From positions 48,856,001 through 48,920,000 of the forward strand of contig OZ024745.1 of the NCBI GenBank assembly GCA_964016885.1: a stretch of 64,000 nucleotides of DNA, read 5' to 3'. Positions within the stretch are counted from its first letter, which is position 1, and each line of letters opens with the position of its first letter. The position numbers and the translations under genes are program-made. The notes under the pieces were generated by a model. The model worked only from the letters and a program-made list of their open reading frames with translations, was not told the origin of the DNA and did no database searches. The stretch is from Eledone cirrhosa (taxonomy: Eukaryota). Below, in pieces: positions 36,455-49,290 of the stretch.

Positions 36455-37024
36455 ACGGATTTTTTTTTTTTTTGCGCGTGTTATCAACGAATATGACTGC
36501 CTAACCTGTAGAAAATTACTAGATTTGTAGAAAACGGGGAGTGAAAGGGGGAAAAATGACCATCGGAGTTTCACAGATCTACACACTTCTCGCGTTTGGC
36601 GAGAAAAAAAATTATTTTTCCTTGTTTTGTTCTGGATTTCTTAGATGCTTGCAATCGATTTTTTTCTCCAGGATTAGGGTTTAGGGTGAGGTTTAGAGTT
36701 AGGGCTTTTGCTTTCCGGGAAAAAAGCATCTAAGGGGTCCAGAAAAAAAAGGAAAGATAATTATTTCCCACCAAACGTGAGAAGTGTGTAGATCTGCGAA
36801 GCTCCGATGGACTTTTCGCACTCTTTCACCCTAATTGTTCAACAAATCTAGTTGTTTCTGACTGGTTTGGAGGTCCTATTCGTTGATTACACGCGAAAAA
36901 AAAGTCGTGATGAAAACTCCAAGGATGGTACCCACTCCACACCCTCTGTTCTCTGGGGGGAAAAGTCGGCTGCCAGAATGTTGGGGTTACATTAGTTGAT
37001 AGCACACGAAAACAAAATCCGTGA
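36455..37024. mobile_element. Foldback element with a telomere-like loop upstream of RPL28
   Basis: Imperfect ~200-bp arms (best block 36560-36599 vs 36771-36810); loop ttagggtttagggtgaggtttagagttaggg. Confidence 0.75.
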
Positions 37025-37158
37025 AAAAATACTGAAATCTACTGAAATCATGTAGGGTGTTCTATTAAGTTACCAATTTAAGTTTGTGACATAAGGGACG
37101 TAATTTGTGTGATAATTCAAAGATCCAATTCTCGTCTACGCAATACATAAAAAATACA

Positions 37159-37588
37159 ACTTCCGGTAATATTATAGCCGCAGAAAAGTCACAATATTTT
37201 ATATTATATTTAAAGTAAATATTGATTAATATAGAAAATATCTCATACAAATACATTTTTATAAGAGTTTTAAAATGCATAATAAAGTATATTTAAGCGA
37301 TTCGACCCATCAGTTATTGCACATCCGGTTTTATGTGCACGGCTATTCCTGTTCTCTTATTCTCAAGTCTTTCCTACGAAGATTTGCTGAATGTGAGTGC
37401 TCATTTTTAATAGTCGTTGTTTCAGTGTCAAATTAATTAATATAACTTAACTTTATTGCTGTTGTAATATAACATATAAATAATTCTTTTTGATATTGGT
37501 GTTAATGTGTACTTTTTTTAGTTATCTAACTGATATATGTTTTCAGTTCTATAATATATCTATAAATATATTTGTGCCACATGGCGGC
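37159..37588 (+). promoter_or_regulatory. RPL28: RPL28 promoter and non-coding exon 1 (~37369-37392)
   Basis: TCT/TOP initiator tCTTTCC at 37368-37374; donor gtgagt at 37393; ETS-like ACTTCCGGT 37159 and ACATCCGGT 37321; intronic YY1 ACATGGCGGC 37579. Typical ribosomal-protein gene layout. Confidence 0.7.
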
Positions 37589-38139
37589 CCTATCAGACAT
37601 TAAACATTGAAACTGCCAATAATATATATATAATTAGGACATTTCCCCTTATTGTCTCGGGTTTTATAAAAAATATAAAGTTAAATGTGTGTATCGTTGA
37701 TAATGGATCTCGTTTCGTTTTTTTCAGCTCGATTCTTTGATTTATATATTTAATATGTATGTATGTATAAATAAATCGGTGAATCGGACTGATTATGAAA
37801 ACGTTTCTGAAATATCTATGTTACTCTATATGTCTACCTAACTCATTTATTTTATAAGAATCAACAAATTTAGAATGTTTTTGATTTCGATTTTAGTGAA
37901 AAGATAGATAATTTCTACATTGTCGTATATAGGATAATTACGTAAGGAATTTATAGTTGAAGCTGAAAGCTATGGCAGGACTTATTTCCAATTAATTTCG
38001 TTTAAGTTCACCCCCTCCCCCTGATATTTACTTAGATATTTTTCATTCTTCCGGTTTGGATAAAACGAGGTCAATTTTTACGATTGCACACACCTGGCGT
38101 GCTTTTAACGGATATTGCATTCAAAACAGTCGAGAATTA

Positions 38140-39290
38140 TTCGTTTTTCTGTTAATTGGAGAGTGGATAGTTAAGTCTTAATATCAATATAATTGACTTA
38201 ATTCTGTGAGGTTCGTGGGAGCATCATCAAACATTACTTCCAGCGGGTCTAATCAGAAACCATCGTCTCCAATTGATCCGGTTAGATCCCCATGCGTAAC
38301 CAGCTGAACTTATGAATATTATCAAACGATCTGGCCCAGGCTCTTTACAGCACTCATTTTCTTTCTAGTCGTATAACACTCGGCATCAAACCTATCAAAT
38401 GCATATCGAAGATATCTCCTGACGAGTTAACTAAAACCACACTGTTCAGCTATCTTGGACACGGCAATCTCCCTACATCTCTTTGCCAGACTCTCAACAT
38501 AGACTTGGAGAGGTTTAACAAGAGAAACAATCTTTCCTGTCTCCCTTTTTGAAAATTGGGACTATCACTCTCAATTTCTATTGATTGGGTACCTTTCCGG
38601 AGATCCAGATCACCTGGCAAACATGAGTCAGCCAGAGAATGCTCTTGTGACCCTAGCCCCTGTGAGGTTAGTCATCGCTCCCAGATGCACTTAATGTACA
38701 TTAGATGTTGTGATCGGGTTTAGATCAGCAAAGTATTCTCTCCATGCATCTCTCTGAAGTGAGGAGAACCTTAAGTGTGTGGAAGGAGGACTTATTACAA
38801 AGTTGGCAGGTCGTCTGCCAGAAAACTTTATTTGCTGATTTGAAGTCGGATTCCATCTTAACCTCCAAATCCTCCCATATCTTAACTTTGGGTGCCTTTA
38901 CTGTCTTTGCTATGGCCTTTTGTGCCTGTTTGTACCACAAGTGCATGAAAGAGTACTTATTTTCTAAACCAAGCTTTGTAGGCCTCCTTTGACCTGTTGA
39001 TTGAACCAAGGGTGCTCCTGGCACCATACCAAGCTGCTTACGCCAGTGGCATTTAACAGCTGAAGCAGAAACTGCTAATTTAAATTATCTCCACCCTGTT
39101 TCAATGACCTTAGTTTTCTCAGGAAGTTCTGAATTTGGATGCAATAGTGTCTTTCCCACTTTATACTGTAGGTCGACCTGGACCTGGCAGTTTTGCAAGC
39201 TTCCTTGGTTTTAAGTAGTCTCAAGTTGCAGATAATTAGATAGTGATAAGTTGACAACTCAGCTCTTCTCTTAACTTCAACTTCCACATC
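38140..39290 (-). mobile_element. Degenerate RTE LINE (second family) in RPL28 intron 1
   Basis: VKRRAELSTYHYLIICNLRL; MESDFKSANKVFWQT; further RT remnants. Confidence 0.78.
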
Positions 39291-39326
39291 TTTCCTGCCT
39301 ATAGATTCCTGTTTTGTAAATCACAT

Positions 39327-39435
39327 CTGTATGAGCAAGGCATGGTCAGCCGACCAGACACTGCCCACAACAGGGCAACCCGTCTAACCCATGCTAGCGT
39401 GGAAGAACGGACGTAAAACGGTGATGATGATGATG
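39327..39435 (+). mobile_element. Young RTE 3'-tail insertion
   Basis: Near-exact reverse complement of 2549-2657. Confidence 0.85.
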
Positions 39436-39929
39436 AACTTCGCTACAGAATGAACACCCAATCAACACTTGCACCTTTAGTTAATTAGTAAAAGGGCTCG
39501 GAAGAATATTTAAGAGGTGTTATTTATTCAACTGGTACTGCCACCAAGAATTAGATAAAGCACATTTGTCGGAAATTTCATTATATTGGTCACTATCATT
39601 GTTCAAACTTTGTAACATTGGGTTTACTACAACTTCTGTGAAGTTACAAACAATTAAAAGAAAATAGTATTTTATTTGTTTATTTTTTAAAAACTCTAGT
39701 TCATGGTTACTGAACTAAATTTTTAACTATAGCTTAAGCCTGCTTTATCTATCTGTTTCTACAAGTTTATCTTCGGTAATATTTTGAATTTGCACATTTG
39801 TATGGCTTATGTTTAACATTGATGTACCACCAGAAGATTGAATTTAATATGGAATTGATTTCATACAACTGTTCCATTGATTTAGTTTTTAAAGAAAGTG
39901 TTTCTTTTATCTTTTTTTCAGAATCCAAG

Positions 39930-42900
39930 ATGTCAGCCGATTTACTTTGGATGATTGTGAGGAATAATAATTCTTTCCTTGTCAAACGAAATGGTCTCTG
40001 GCTTAGCAAAGTAAGTAACTACAAATAATTATATTAAAGCAGGACTCTTCATCTTGGACAAATAGCAAATTTTTTTCTTATGTATTAATCAGGATGAAAG
40101 GCAGTGCTATTTTTCAGGTGCTCCAAAACTGATGGGAGATAGGGAAGAATGTATTCTCAAGCCAGAGGCCTGGCCTAAATGCTTGCAACAGCGTGTACCA
40201 TTGCTTGTATGATCTCAGGACAGATAGTGGCGAAGCTTTCTATCTGCTGCTGTAACAATACCACCAGTTATCCTCCTTTGGCTGATATTGTATTTAAACT
40301 CGTATTCCCTACCCAAAGGAATGAAATCAAAGCTGAACTCTAGACTGCAAGTGCTCTAAAGATTTTACCGAAGACAGAAGGAATGTGGTTAATAAGCTCC
40401 ATGAAAGTGTATTACTGGCCCTAGAAATAAGCATCTAGTTTAATTCAAGAATTAAAGTAAACATGAATATTATGTACTTTTTAAGATTATATTGTCATTT
40501 ACTTAGGCCATTGCTTTTCATTTAGAACAGGCTGTCTCTCTAATGTTAATAGCATGATAAAATCATTTGCTTTGTATTGCAAATGGATTAGCGATCGGAA
40601 GGGCATTCAGCCATGCACAAAAAAAAATTAAGTGGATTCTGTGTTGCTGTGTTAGATAATGGTGAACTCTGACTATAATGTTTTGTACAACTGCTGGGTG
40701 TTTTCTTGTAGGTCCCAATCTTTGTCATTTGCTAAATATTATGGGACTATTCACTAAAGTATTAGATATAATTAAGAATGAAATATAACAATTACATTTA
40801 TGTATATATAAATTTTCAATTTATTTTTCTTTATAGGAGCCAAACAATTTAAAAGGGCGTCACTGTTTCCGTTACAGTGGCCTCGTCCACAAAAAAACTA
40901 TTGGTGTTGAACCATGCAAGGATGGCAAAGGAGTTGTATATGTTACTCGACGGTCCAGAAGTAAGTTTTGCATGCATCAGAGAAGAAATTTCCCATTAAC
41001 TCTTTATTTAAGCCCTATGACTTATTTCCATACATGTGAATGACAATATGTAACCCTCTTGTGTCTGAGGCGGACTTTGAATAGTTGTGTAAATAAATAA
41101 ATGCTTCAGGTGCCATTTGAATATTTTTCCTTCTATGTTGAGAATTTTTTAATACTACAAAAATCATAGTAAAATATAATGGGAGAGTGCTTGTCAAGCA
41201 TTGTAAACGAAATCTGCATTATATACAAATAAAATGTGGAATACTACAGTAGAACTTCAGTGACTTCATGAACAATTTGCTGTTGTCAACAGGAAGAAAC
41301 AGGTGTAAAATGATGTTAATTAAGATGGAGAAGATGTTTATAGCCTTTTCAGTGTCTCTGAAAATTTCATAAATGTTGATATTTCTGTGGGCAACATTGG
41401 CTTTATTATACCTGCTTATTTACTGTGTGTAACAGGTTTAGAATAGATACACAGTATCCTGCATGTTGGACGGGTGTCTGTAAAATATTACCTTTAAAAC
41501 AATTCCATCGTTTGAATGCAATTTATGACAAGGCTAATCCTTTCTTTAATGGAGAAAGTGACCTTAAATGCTGTATATCAGGCATGTCAAACATGTGGCT
41601 CGTACAAAGGTTTTTACAGTGCGACCATGTTTTATCTTCATAATAGGAAATAAAAAAAATTTAGTTGTAATCTGCGCAATTAGTTGTTGTGGTGTGGCCC
41701 TCGGAGGACCTTCAGTTTGATATGCCTGCTGTATGTAATACTGTATTTCTAATACAGCTAACTTTCTCATTATGAAGTTGTTTGGAACTTACCAAAAGTT
41801 CTTAAATTTTTGTATTGTAGAACCAAGGCTGGTTTCAGGTTGCTTGCTATCAAAAGGGCCAAATGCAACCTCATAGGTGATTGGTTAAACTTATGCAGTT
41901 GTGAACTGCAACAATAGTATCGTTGTCTCAAAGTTGGTTTTGATTAATAGGGTTTGGTTTTTCTGGTATCTGTAATGTTGGACCAGTTGTGCAATATATA
42001 GTGGTGGAATGGTAAAACTTTGTATAAAATGCCATTGCTATATTTGTTCTTATTCTTAACATTCTGGGATTAACATTGCCTTTCGTACTTTGGAGGTCAA
42101 TAAAATAAAGTATTGGGTTTAATAAAATTTGCTGGTCTAGTACCTATATTAGAGATCAATATTTACTAGTTGTATCTTAAGTGTTTGCATTAAATTCAGT
42201 ATTTCATTTTTCTCAAAATAATGTGTCTCATTTTCCAACTTTAAAACCTTCTCTCTCTTGAACCATCAAATTTATAATTTTTCACTTACCAGTCACATTA
42301 TTACCTAATAATCATCATCAGACATCTCTGTTTTTTCAGTGATTGAATGAAGCAATTCAGGGGCAAATGGCACCTTTTATATACAATTAAAAGGGCGAAA
42401 GACCTTTCACAAAAGTTGTAATTATGTTTCTCATCAACTGTGCAGAATTGAGTCATGCTAGCAGCAGGGTTTAGGTAGCAAGTCATAAATGTGTTATGTA
42501 TTCATATTAAGAAATACTAATGATTATATAAGTGTAGAGTAAGGTTATTTATAGAGGCAATTGAGATTAGTGTGCATAGAATTAAAAGCCTAGTCTGGGT
42601 GTTTGCATCAATGCTAATGATCTCTATGGACCAGTTTGTGGAGTTAAAGCAATGGCATGTTGGGCCTATTGTCAGGTCTTAGAGAAATATGCATTGTACT
42701 CATATCTGTTTATAAGTTTCTTTGTCGTTTTGATTAAATTAGCTTTTTTTAACCAATGTTTCTACTTTGTTTCAGAGAGGAATCGTCCTTCAAAAGCCTT
42801 TTCTAGGGTTGAGTTGAAAAAAGATCCCAGAAGAACATTGACATCAATCAGGAAAATGGTTAAAAAGAACAGATATCGAGTTGATTTAAAAATGGTAGGT

Positions 42901-43842
42901 GTAACTAATAAAATAACAAATGTCCAACTCGTATTAGCATGGATGATTAGTTTTCAGTGATTCTTGGTTTGAGAGGACTCGACAACCTCTTTAGGTGTAA
43001 GTGATTCGATAAAACACATCCAGTACACTCTAAAGTGGTTAGTGATAGGGCATGCTGAAAATTTACCCATCAAGAGGACTCATTGGTTGTGTTCAAGTCA
43101 TGACTTCTTCCCTGATGCTGGTGCCACATTTATAGAGTACAGGGCCAGTGTGGGATCAGGAGCTCCAATTAAGTACTGATTCAGTCTTTAACTGTTTATC
43201 AAACCCTTGCTGGTAAAGAAAACAAATGTTAAATGATAATCTCTGTAAATTTACACAGTGCATTTCATTTTATGTCATGTTGCAATAAGTTCCTGGGTTC
43301 TAATGCAACATTTGTTTCTGTAAATAGTTTATTTCTCCAAATTTACTCATATTTAATTCTGTATGTACTGAATATTTATGTAATTATATCTCGGAAATGA
43401 ATTAAGCTTTATTCACATCCACGTCAGTAATCAACATAAACTATAGGGTTTCTCTTATATGTAGCATTAATTTATCAAAAACATCTGGTGATCCTAGTAT
43501 ATATGGCATACTAATCCTGAACTTCAAAAAATATATGTGGTCGTTATTGATAGCAGTGGTCCAATAATTTCTTAGGATAGGAAGTTTGTCTTTTTATGCT
43601 AGACTAATTCAATCACTTAGTGTCATGATCCTGTCTGCTTGTATTTTTCTGGAAGACCATTTTGTATGCATTCATTTAAATCTAGGGTTTTTTTCCCCCC
43701 CACAATATCAACAATTATTTCTTACTGCTGTAAAATTGATGTCAATTTTCATTTTTTAAAGGCTGCCATGAGAAAAGCTAGTGCCATAATTCGCAGTCAA
43801 CGTCCTGTAGTGAAAAAGACTGGACGCAAGAAGAAAGAATAG
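39930..43842 (+). CDS. RPL28: 60S ribosomal protein L28 (eL28), 4 coding exons: 39930-40010, 40837-40960, 42776-42894, 43762-43842; 134 aa
   Basis: [27 protein letters not shown]|[41 protein letters not shown]|[40 protein letters not shown]|[26 protein letters not shown]; GT-AG introns with consistent phases. Confidence 0.97.
41579..41728. mobile_element. hAT (Charlie-like) MITE in RPL28 intron 3
   Basis: TIR caggcatgtcaaac / gtttgatatgcctg; 8-bp TSD ctgtat(a/g)t. Confidence 0.82.
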
Positions 43843-43859
43843 TAATGTAACCAGCTGAC

Positions 43860-43865
43860 AATAAA
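43860..43865 (+). terminator. RPL28 polyadenylation signal
   Basis: AATAAA 17 nt after the stop codon, followed by a TG/T-rich stretch. Confidence 0.75.
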
Positions 43866-46187
43866 TTTTGATTTAATGTAAATTGTGTTCAGTACTTTTT
43901 TGGGGGTGGTATGTTCAGTGCCAGAACTCTATGGCATTAATTAAAATGAAACATAAATTCAGTTGTGTTGACATGAAAAATAAGTACTGCCCACACTAAG
44001 GTGGCCATGCGAGTGGGGCACCCAGTACACCCTGTAAAGTTGTAATTAAAACCCACCCATCCCACACTAAGGTGGCTGGTGTTAGGAGCCAAAATACAGA
44101 TCTGTAGGAGCAGTATATGGTCCTCTTACCTGCCTTATCTCGATGTGACAACCCATCTTAATTCGGACATTAAACTGATGATGAATTCTTTAGGTACAAG
44201 ACTTTATTTTGAAGTATTTATCATTATAATCAGTTTTGTGATGACAGATTGGGCAATGTTTTATGGTTGGGTGCCCTCTTAGTCACTTATGACATGTAAG
44301 GATATGATGTACACATTCTAAACCTGATGCACTATGTATCTAAAAACCTTTGTATGTTATGTTTTTAGAGAAAATCGGTTACTAAATCCCTCCAAATTCT
44401 TTATTTCAAAATTATTTGGAGATTATTGGCATTAGAAATATGGTCATATAATAAACAAACCAATTAACCTCTGTTTGCCCCGTCCCCCCAAAAAACAACA
44501 AATAATTATGTGGAAAGATTCAAACTGACATGGTGTCCTGAAGCTGAGATTACTCTTCAGTTGTGTCAAGCACTTGATAACCTCCTTAATGCTAGTGCCA
44601 TGATAAAATACACTTTGTAAAATGGTTGGAGTTAGGAAGGGTATCTAACCAGAGAAAGCAAGACAAAGGTCAGGTAACTCTTCAGTTGTGTCGAGAACAA
44701 CTGAAGAGTGTTGATACCACGATACAATCCATCTTGCACACACTGATTGGTATTAGGAAAGGCGGCCTGTGTCTTAAAGCATAATATGGCTTTTTGTCCA
44801 TCTGGAAGAGAACCAACTCTGATTTAAGGAAAATGGGCTTTAAATGTGCAAACTGGAAATGAAACCCTGTGTATATATAAACCTTCAAACTTGAGCTGGT
44901 ATTCCTGAGGCTCTAAGCCATTCAAGTTTCTAGGACATCGTAAGAAAACATCATCTCATCACATAACATGCTAATAACAGGTCTGCCAGTTGTGTAAGAA
45001 ATGTTACCCTATATTGGTAGTCTGTACACAATGACAATTGTCATGAGTGTATTGCATTTAACTGAGAAAAGATAATTCATCTTTATATATCATTGTTTTT
45101 CCATGCTATATCATCATCGTTTAACATCTATCTTCCATTTTAGCATGGGTATGACGGGCTGTAAAGTGATAGTGTTGGTGCAAAGATAAAATGCATCAAT
45201 ACAGTCAGAATATGGAACGTATGAACAAGATGTTCTGTGACTTATCTAGCCTTGGACTGTGACAACCTGCCCAACCCATGCAAAAGTCGACCCCAGTGTG
45301 TTATTGGTACTTTTTTTATCCCTAAGAATGAAAAGCAAAGCTAACCTCAGAGTCTAGAGACATAACTACATACTGTAAAGCATGTTTGGCGCTCTACTGA
45401 TACTACCAATCCAACGCCCTTAAATAAAATAATGATTATATATATTGGAATGTCCATCCCATGCTAAAAGACATTAAATGATGCAACTAAAAGGGTTGGT
45501 GCTAGGAAGGGCATCAGGCCATAATGAATATGTGATTCAGTTTTATCACCCAAGTTCTTTCTCTTCTTGTCAAAAACCCTTCAGTCCTCCATAACCAGTA
45601 ACCATCCCCAACCAATGTGCAGTCTCAACACCTTAAACCAATCCTGCACAGATTCTATGAGCAGAGACCACCAAATGGTAGTGCCATTCTTATTTCTTTC
45701 AATAAAAAAAATACAAGCACTGCACACTGTAAGAAAACATCATCTCACCATATAGCAACCTGTCTCTCTTCATTTGGAACAAACCCATCCATTTTAAATG
45801 GTTCTGATTTAAATTAAAATCTACAAAACTCAGGTAAGACCTACAATGGAGTAGCATTCCCATATTTGGTACTGCTTGCTGTTGCTCACACAGAGATCCA
45901 GAGAAAAGCCACTTAGCTAATTTGTATAAAGTCAATCACAGACACACTGCAGCTTCTGGTTCACAGATATGCCATCTCATACCCCTGCCTCTTTTACTAC
46001 TACTAAAATGCGCTGCTCTTTGGAACTGGCTGGGCTCATTTCAAGTTATTCTTGACTTCTCTCTCCTCTAACCACCCACGTGTCCACCCTCCATTCATGG
46101 CCTCGTATGAATCACCATACTCAGTCCTTCCTGTCCAAAACTTCAACCTTCAAACTAATATTTAACTCCGTTCCTGCACCAGCCACA

Positions 46188-46305
46188 GGATTCAACATAA
46201 ACGATGAATGAGTTGCGTAACGTTGAGTGCTTTTCCTATCATGATTGTCTTTAACGGAATGATCAATTCTATCCAGTGGTGAACTACCATAAAACATAAA
46301 CAAAT
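46188..46305. repeat. Dispersed repeat ending at (TA)n; second copy at 59633-59755
   Basis: Shared ggattcaa..atgagttgcgtaacgt..acggaatga..ttctatccagtggtgaac. Confidence 0.75.
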
Positions 46306-46777
46306 ATATATATATATATATATATACACATACATACACACATACGTACGTACGTATATATGCATGTGTTTTAACTTTCGTGATAATAGTGTTTATAATG
46401 TTATAGTACAATTCCTTCAATTCTTGTACTATCTCAATAATAGACCCGGTTATATATTCAGAAATAACATTTTTCTCATTTACACCGTTCAGCTTCGCCG
46501 GAGTGTCTAACAGTCAAATTACTTTATTTTATTTGGCAATTATCTTTCTTATTTTATTGATGTTTATAGTTTATAAAGTAATTCGTATTTGAAACACGTT
46601 CTTATTGGTTACTATTTTGGAATTTCAAATACTGACTGTTTACATTTAATCCGAAAAAAAAAGAAGAAAAACAACAAAACTCTTGTAACAGTTTTCATAA
46701 TTTTCAAACAGAATTCAAAAAACAAATCTGTTACAATGCAAACTTAAGTTTACTACCGACCATAGAGAAACTAAAAC

Positions 46778-48001
46778 ATGCGTTATGTTTATTATTTATG
46801 GGAACATTTTTGCTTTATATGCGACGGAGCATCTTCGTTTATTTCAAAAAGTAAAGATTTCTTTTTTTCTATGATGGTATTTAACCACCAAGCTTTCTCA
46901 TCTGTTATAAACGTCGTGAGTTCACTATGGATATCACTTAGTTCCCTCCTTTCTGTTGCAAGTGAAATTGCCATGTGGGTTATATACGGAATTATTGAGT
47001 TTGTCACCGAAGTTGGATTCTGCTTCAGAAGTCTTGTTGTATTACTTTGGCAGCTGTTTTTAGTTTTTATTAATGTCATCATTCTTATTGTAAGTGCTAT
47101 CGAAAATTTTATCTTTATGTTGTGGAACGGTGGTGTAGGAACTGTTTCTGTGTTCAGTACATCAGTGGCAGTTGTGAAAGAAAGTTGGATGATGGCTGGT
47201 CAGAAAGGTGAAGAATTTGCCGATGCATTTTTCTTGCTCATTGTTGGTGGGTTCGAAACCATTGGCTCTTTTGTTGTGGATATTTTCCTATCTGTCGTCA
47301 ACATTTTGTCGAATATCTTCAATATCCCATATTTGATACGTGATGCATTTGACTCTTGCATTCATATGATTACAAAGGCAATGGATTATGTGTGGATTCA
47401 ATTTACTTATTCCAAGGAAGCGTTGTTCGGTGTTGCAGTGTGTATGTTCCTCCACATTTTACTTACACAAGGAATAAAAATGAGTAGAACCCTACGCGAA
47501 AGAGGTATTACATTCCCCATTTTTAGACACTATCATAGTCATAGTATTCCCAGATTTGGCAATGATAGTGAAATTTCTGACAATGAAGAACAGAATGAAG
47601 AAGATCATGATAGCAATATATCTGGATCTTACAACAGTGATTCGGAAAGTGTTGATGACAGCGAAACTAACGAAAGCGATTCGATTTTGTCCGTATCATC
47701 TGACAGCGATGTTGATCCACCAAATTATAGAAACTCATTGCAACACAATCACCCACCCTCACCACCGTTAAATAAACCGTTAAATAGCACTCAGCTGGAA
47801 AGAGAAATCGAACGTGAAAGAGATAAACGTAAGTGTGTTGTTTGTCAAGACAATGTAAAGACAGTTTTAATTCTTCCTTGTAAACACATGTGTCTGTGTG
47901 TACAATGTGCTAACCACATAGTCAGAAATGCTCCACCCGACAGAAATGTTTGTCCATTATGTCGAACCACAATACAGAAAGTAATGAATATTTATGTTTA
48001 A
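46778..48001 (+). CDS. RNF26: RING finger protein 26-like multi-pass membrane E3 ubiquitin ligase, single coding exon, 407 aa
   Basis: Hydrophobic N-terminal ~230 aa, acidic Ser/Asp linker, C-terminal RING CVVCQDNVKTVLILPCKHMCLCVQCA..CPLCRTTIQKVMNIYV resembling vertebrate RNF26 (also intronless). Confidence 0.9.
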   Translation: MRYVYYLWEHFCFICDGASSFISKSKDFFFSMMVFNHQAFSSVINVVSSLWISLSSLLSVASEIAMWVIYGIIEFVTEVGFCFRSLVVLLWQLFLVFINVIILIVSAIENFIFMLWNGGVGTVSVFSTSVAVVKESWMMAGQKGEEFADAFFLLIVGGFETIGSFVVDIFLSVVNILSNIFNIPYLIRDAFDSCIHMITKAMDYVWIQFTYSKEALFGVAVCMFLHILLTQGIKMSRTLRERGITFPIFRHYHSHSIPRFGNDSEISDNEEQNEEDHDSNISGSYNSDSESVDDSETNESDSILSVSSDSDVDPPNYRNSLQHNHPPSPPLNKPLNSTQLEREIERERDKRKCVVCQDNVKTVLILPCKHMCLCVQCANHIVRNAPPDRNVCPLCRTTIQKVMNIYV

Positions 48002-48994
48002 CGTGGCACTATTTACATGAAGAATCATGGAAGAATATTTTTTTATGCATATTTTTTTAATTTTTTATACTTTTTGTCCATTTCTCTAACAAATACCAAT
48101 AAGCTATTGAAATGTTTTAAATATTTTTATTTACCAAGAAGAAATTGCGTTTCCCATTATGCAAAATGATATATTTTTGGAATCATTAACATTTTGGGGC
48201 CTCTCCATCAGTCTGTAAATATAAACATGGATAGAATCTCAAAATGTTAGAAATATCTCAGCACTGACATCAAACATTACTCTTTAAAATTCTTATATTT
48301 ATTCTTAAATATAAGATTTTAAAGTTGTTGCAATATTACATATATAAACTTATATATTGTCTTAGACCTTAGGCGTTTTATACATTTCCCCATGACTTTA
48401 TTAAGCCTCCCCTCCACTTTACTTTAATAGTTATCATTCATTATAGGTAGCTAGCTCATTAGTACCTGCTTAGAGCAATTAGCTTGGGAATAAGACTGAA
48501 GTTTTTTTAGGGATGTTTCATTTTAGGTATATATATATATATATAAAACAATGGAAGGAAAAAAACCGACAGTGAAATGAAATGCAGCCTTGGGCAAAAT
48601 TCTTTCTTTTCAGGTATCCATGTCGCATTGCTTCACCATGTTAAGTCAATTTATTGGTATGGGGAAATTGATTGCAAACAATCTATTGTGAGTGAGGAGG
48701 TGGGTTAACCCCCACCCCCCAAAATGCTTACAAAGAAATCTTTTCAGTTTGTCGATTAAAAACAAAAAAGATTCAAAAGGCGAAAATGCATTTTCATAAA
48801 TTTCACTGTCTGTGATTCATGTGCCTACAGACAAACACCTCCCAATATTTTATTTCAATTTATGTGAAAAAATAGCGTCTCAACCCAGTTTAGAAACCTC
48901 TGTTCTGTATGATTAATTGAAAATATATTTGATTTCCTAATTCACCCAATTCAGTTGTTGGCTGTACTGTTGTTTTATTTATAACTTAAATGGG

Positions 48995-49290
48995 GAAGGT
49001 GCGTGGCTTAGTGATTAGGGTGTTTGACTCACAATCGTAAGGTCGTGAGTTAAACAGTGCATTGTATCATTGATCAAGACACTTTCACAATGCTCTAGTC
49101 TCTACTCAGCTTGAAAAAAAAAAATGAGTTATACCTGAAATTCAAAGGCCTGTCCTTGTCGTACAAGGTGTCACACTGACTCTCCCTGAGAACTACATTA
49201 AGGGTATATGTGTTTGTAGAATGCTCAGCCACTTGCATGGGTGAAACAACTGGAATACTTGTCAAAACCAACAGAGGTTCAACACATGGT
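48995..49290 (+). mobile_element. tRNA-headed SINE with an alternative tail
   Basis: gaaggtgcgtggcttagtg head; body matches the reverse complement of 33545-33838. Confidence 0.72.

Noticed and set aside
29078-37369. Bidirectional promoter shared by BTAF1 and RPL28
   Set aside because: Starts are ~8 kb apart with TE-filled DNA between, and each gene has its own motif cluster.
41010-41072. Possible box C/D snoRNA in RPL28 intron 3 (gcc..ATGACTT...CTGA ggc)
   Set aside because: Box C deviates too far from RUGAUGA and I could not identify a convincing rRNA-complementary guide; needs snoscan/cmscan.
42645-42700. Hairpin with internal loop near the RPL28 intron 3 acceptor, H/ACA-like
   Set aside because: No ACA box after the stem and no clear H box or partner hairpin.
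46792-47771. Overlapping ORFs within RNF26
   Set aside because: Alternative-frame or antisense by-products with no independent support.
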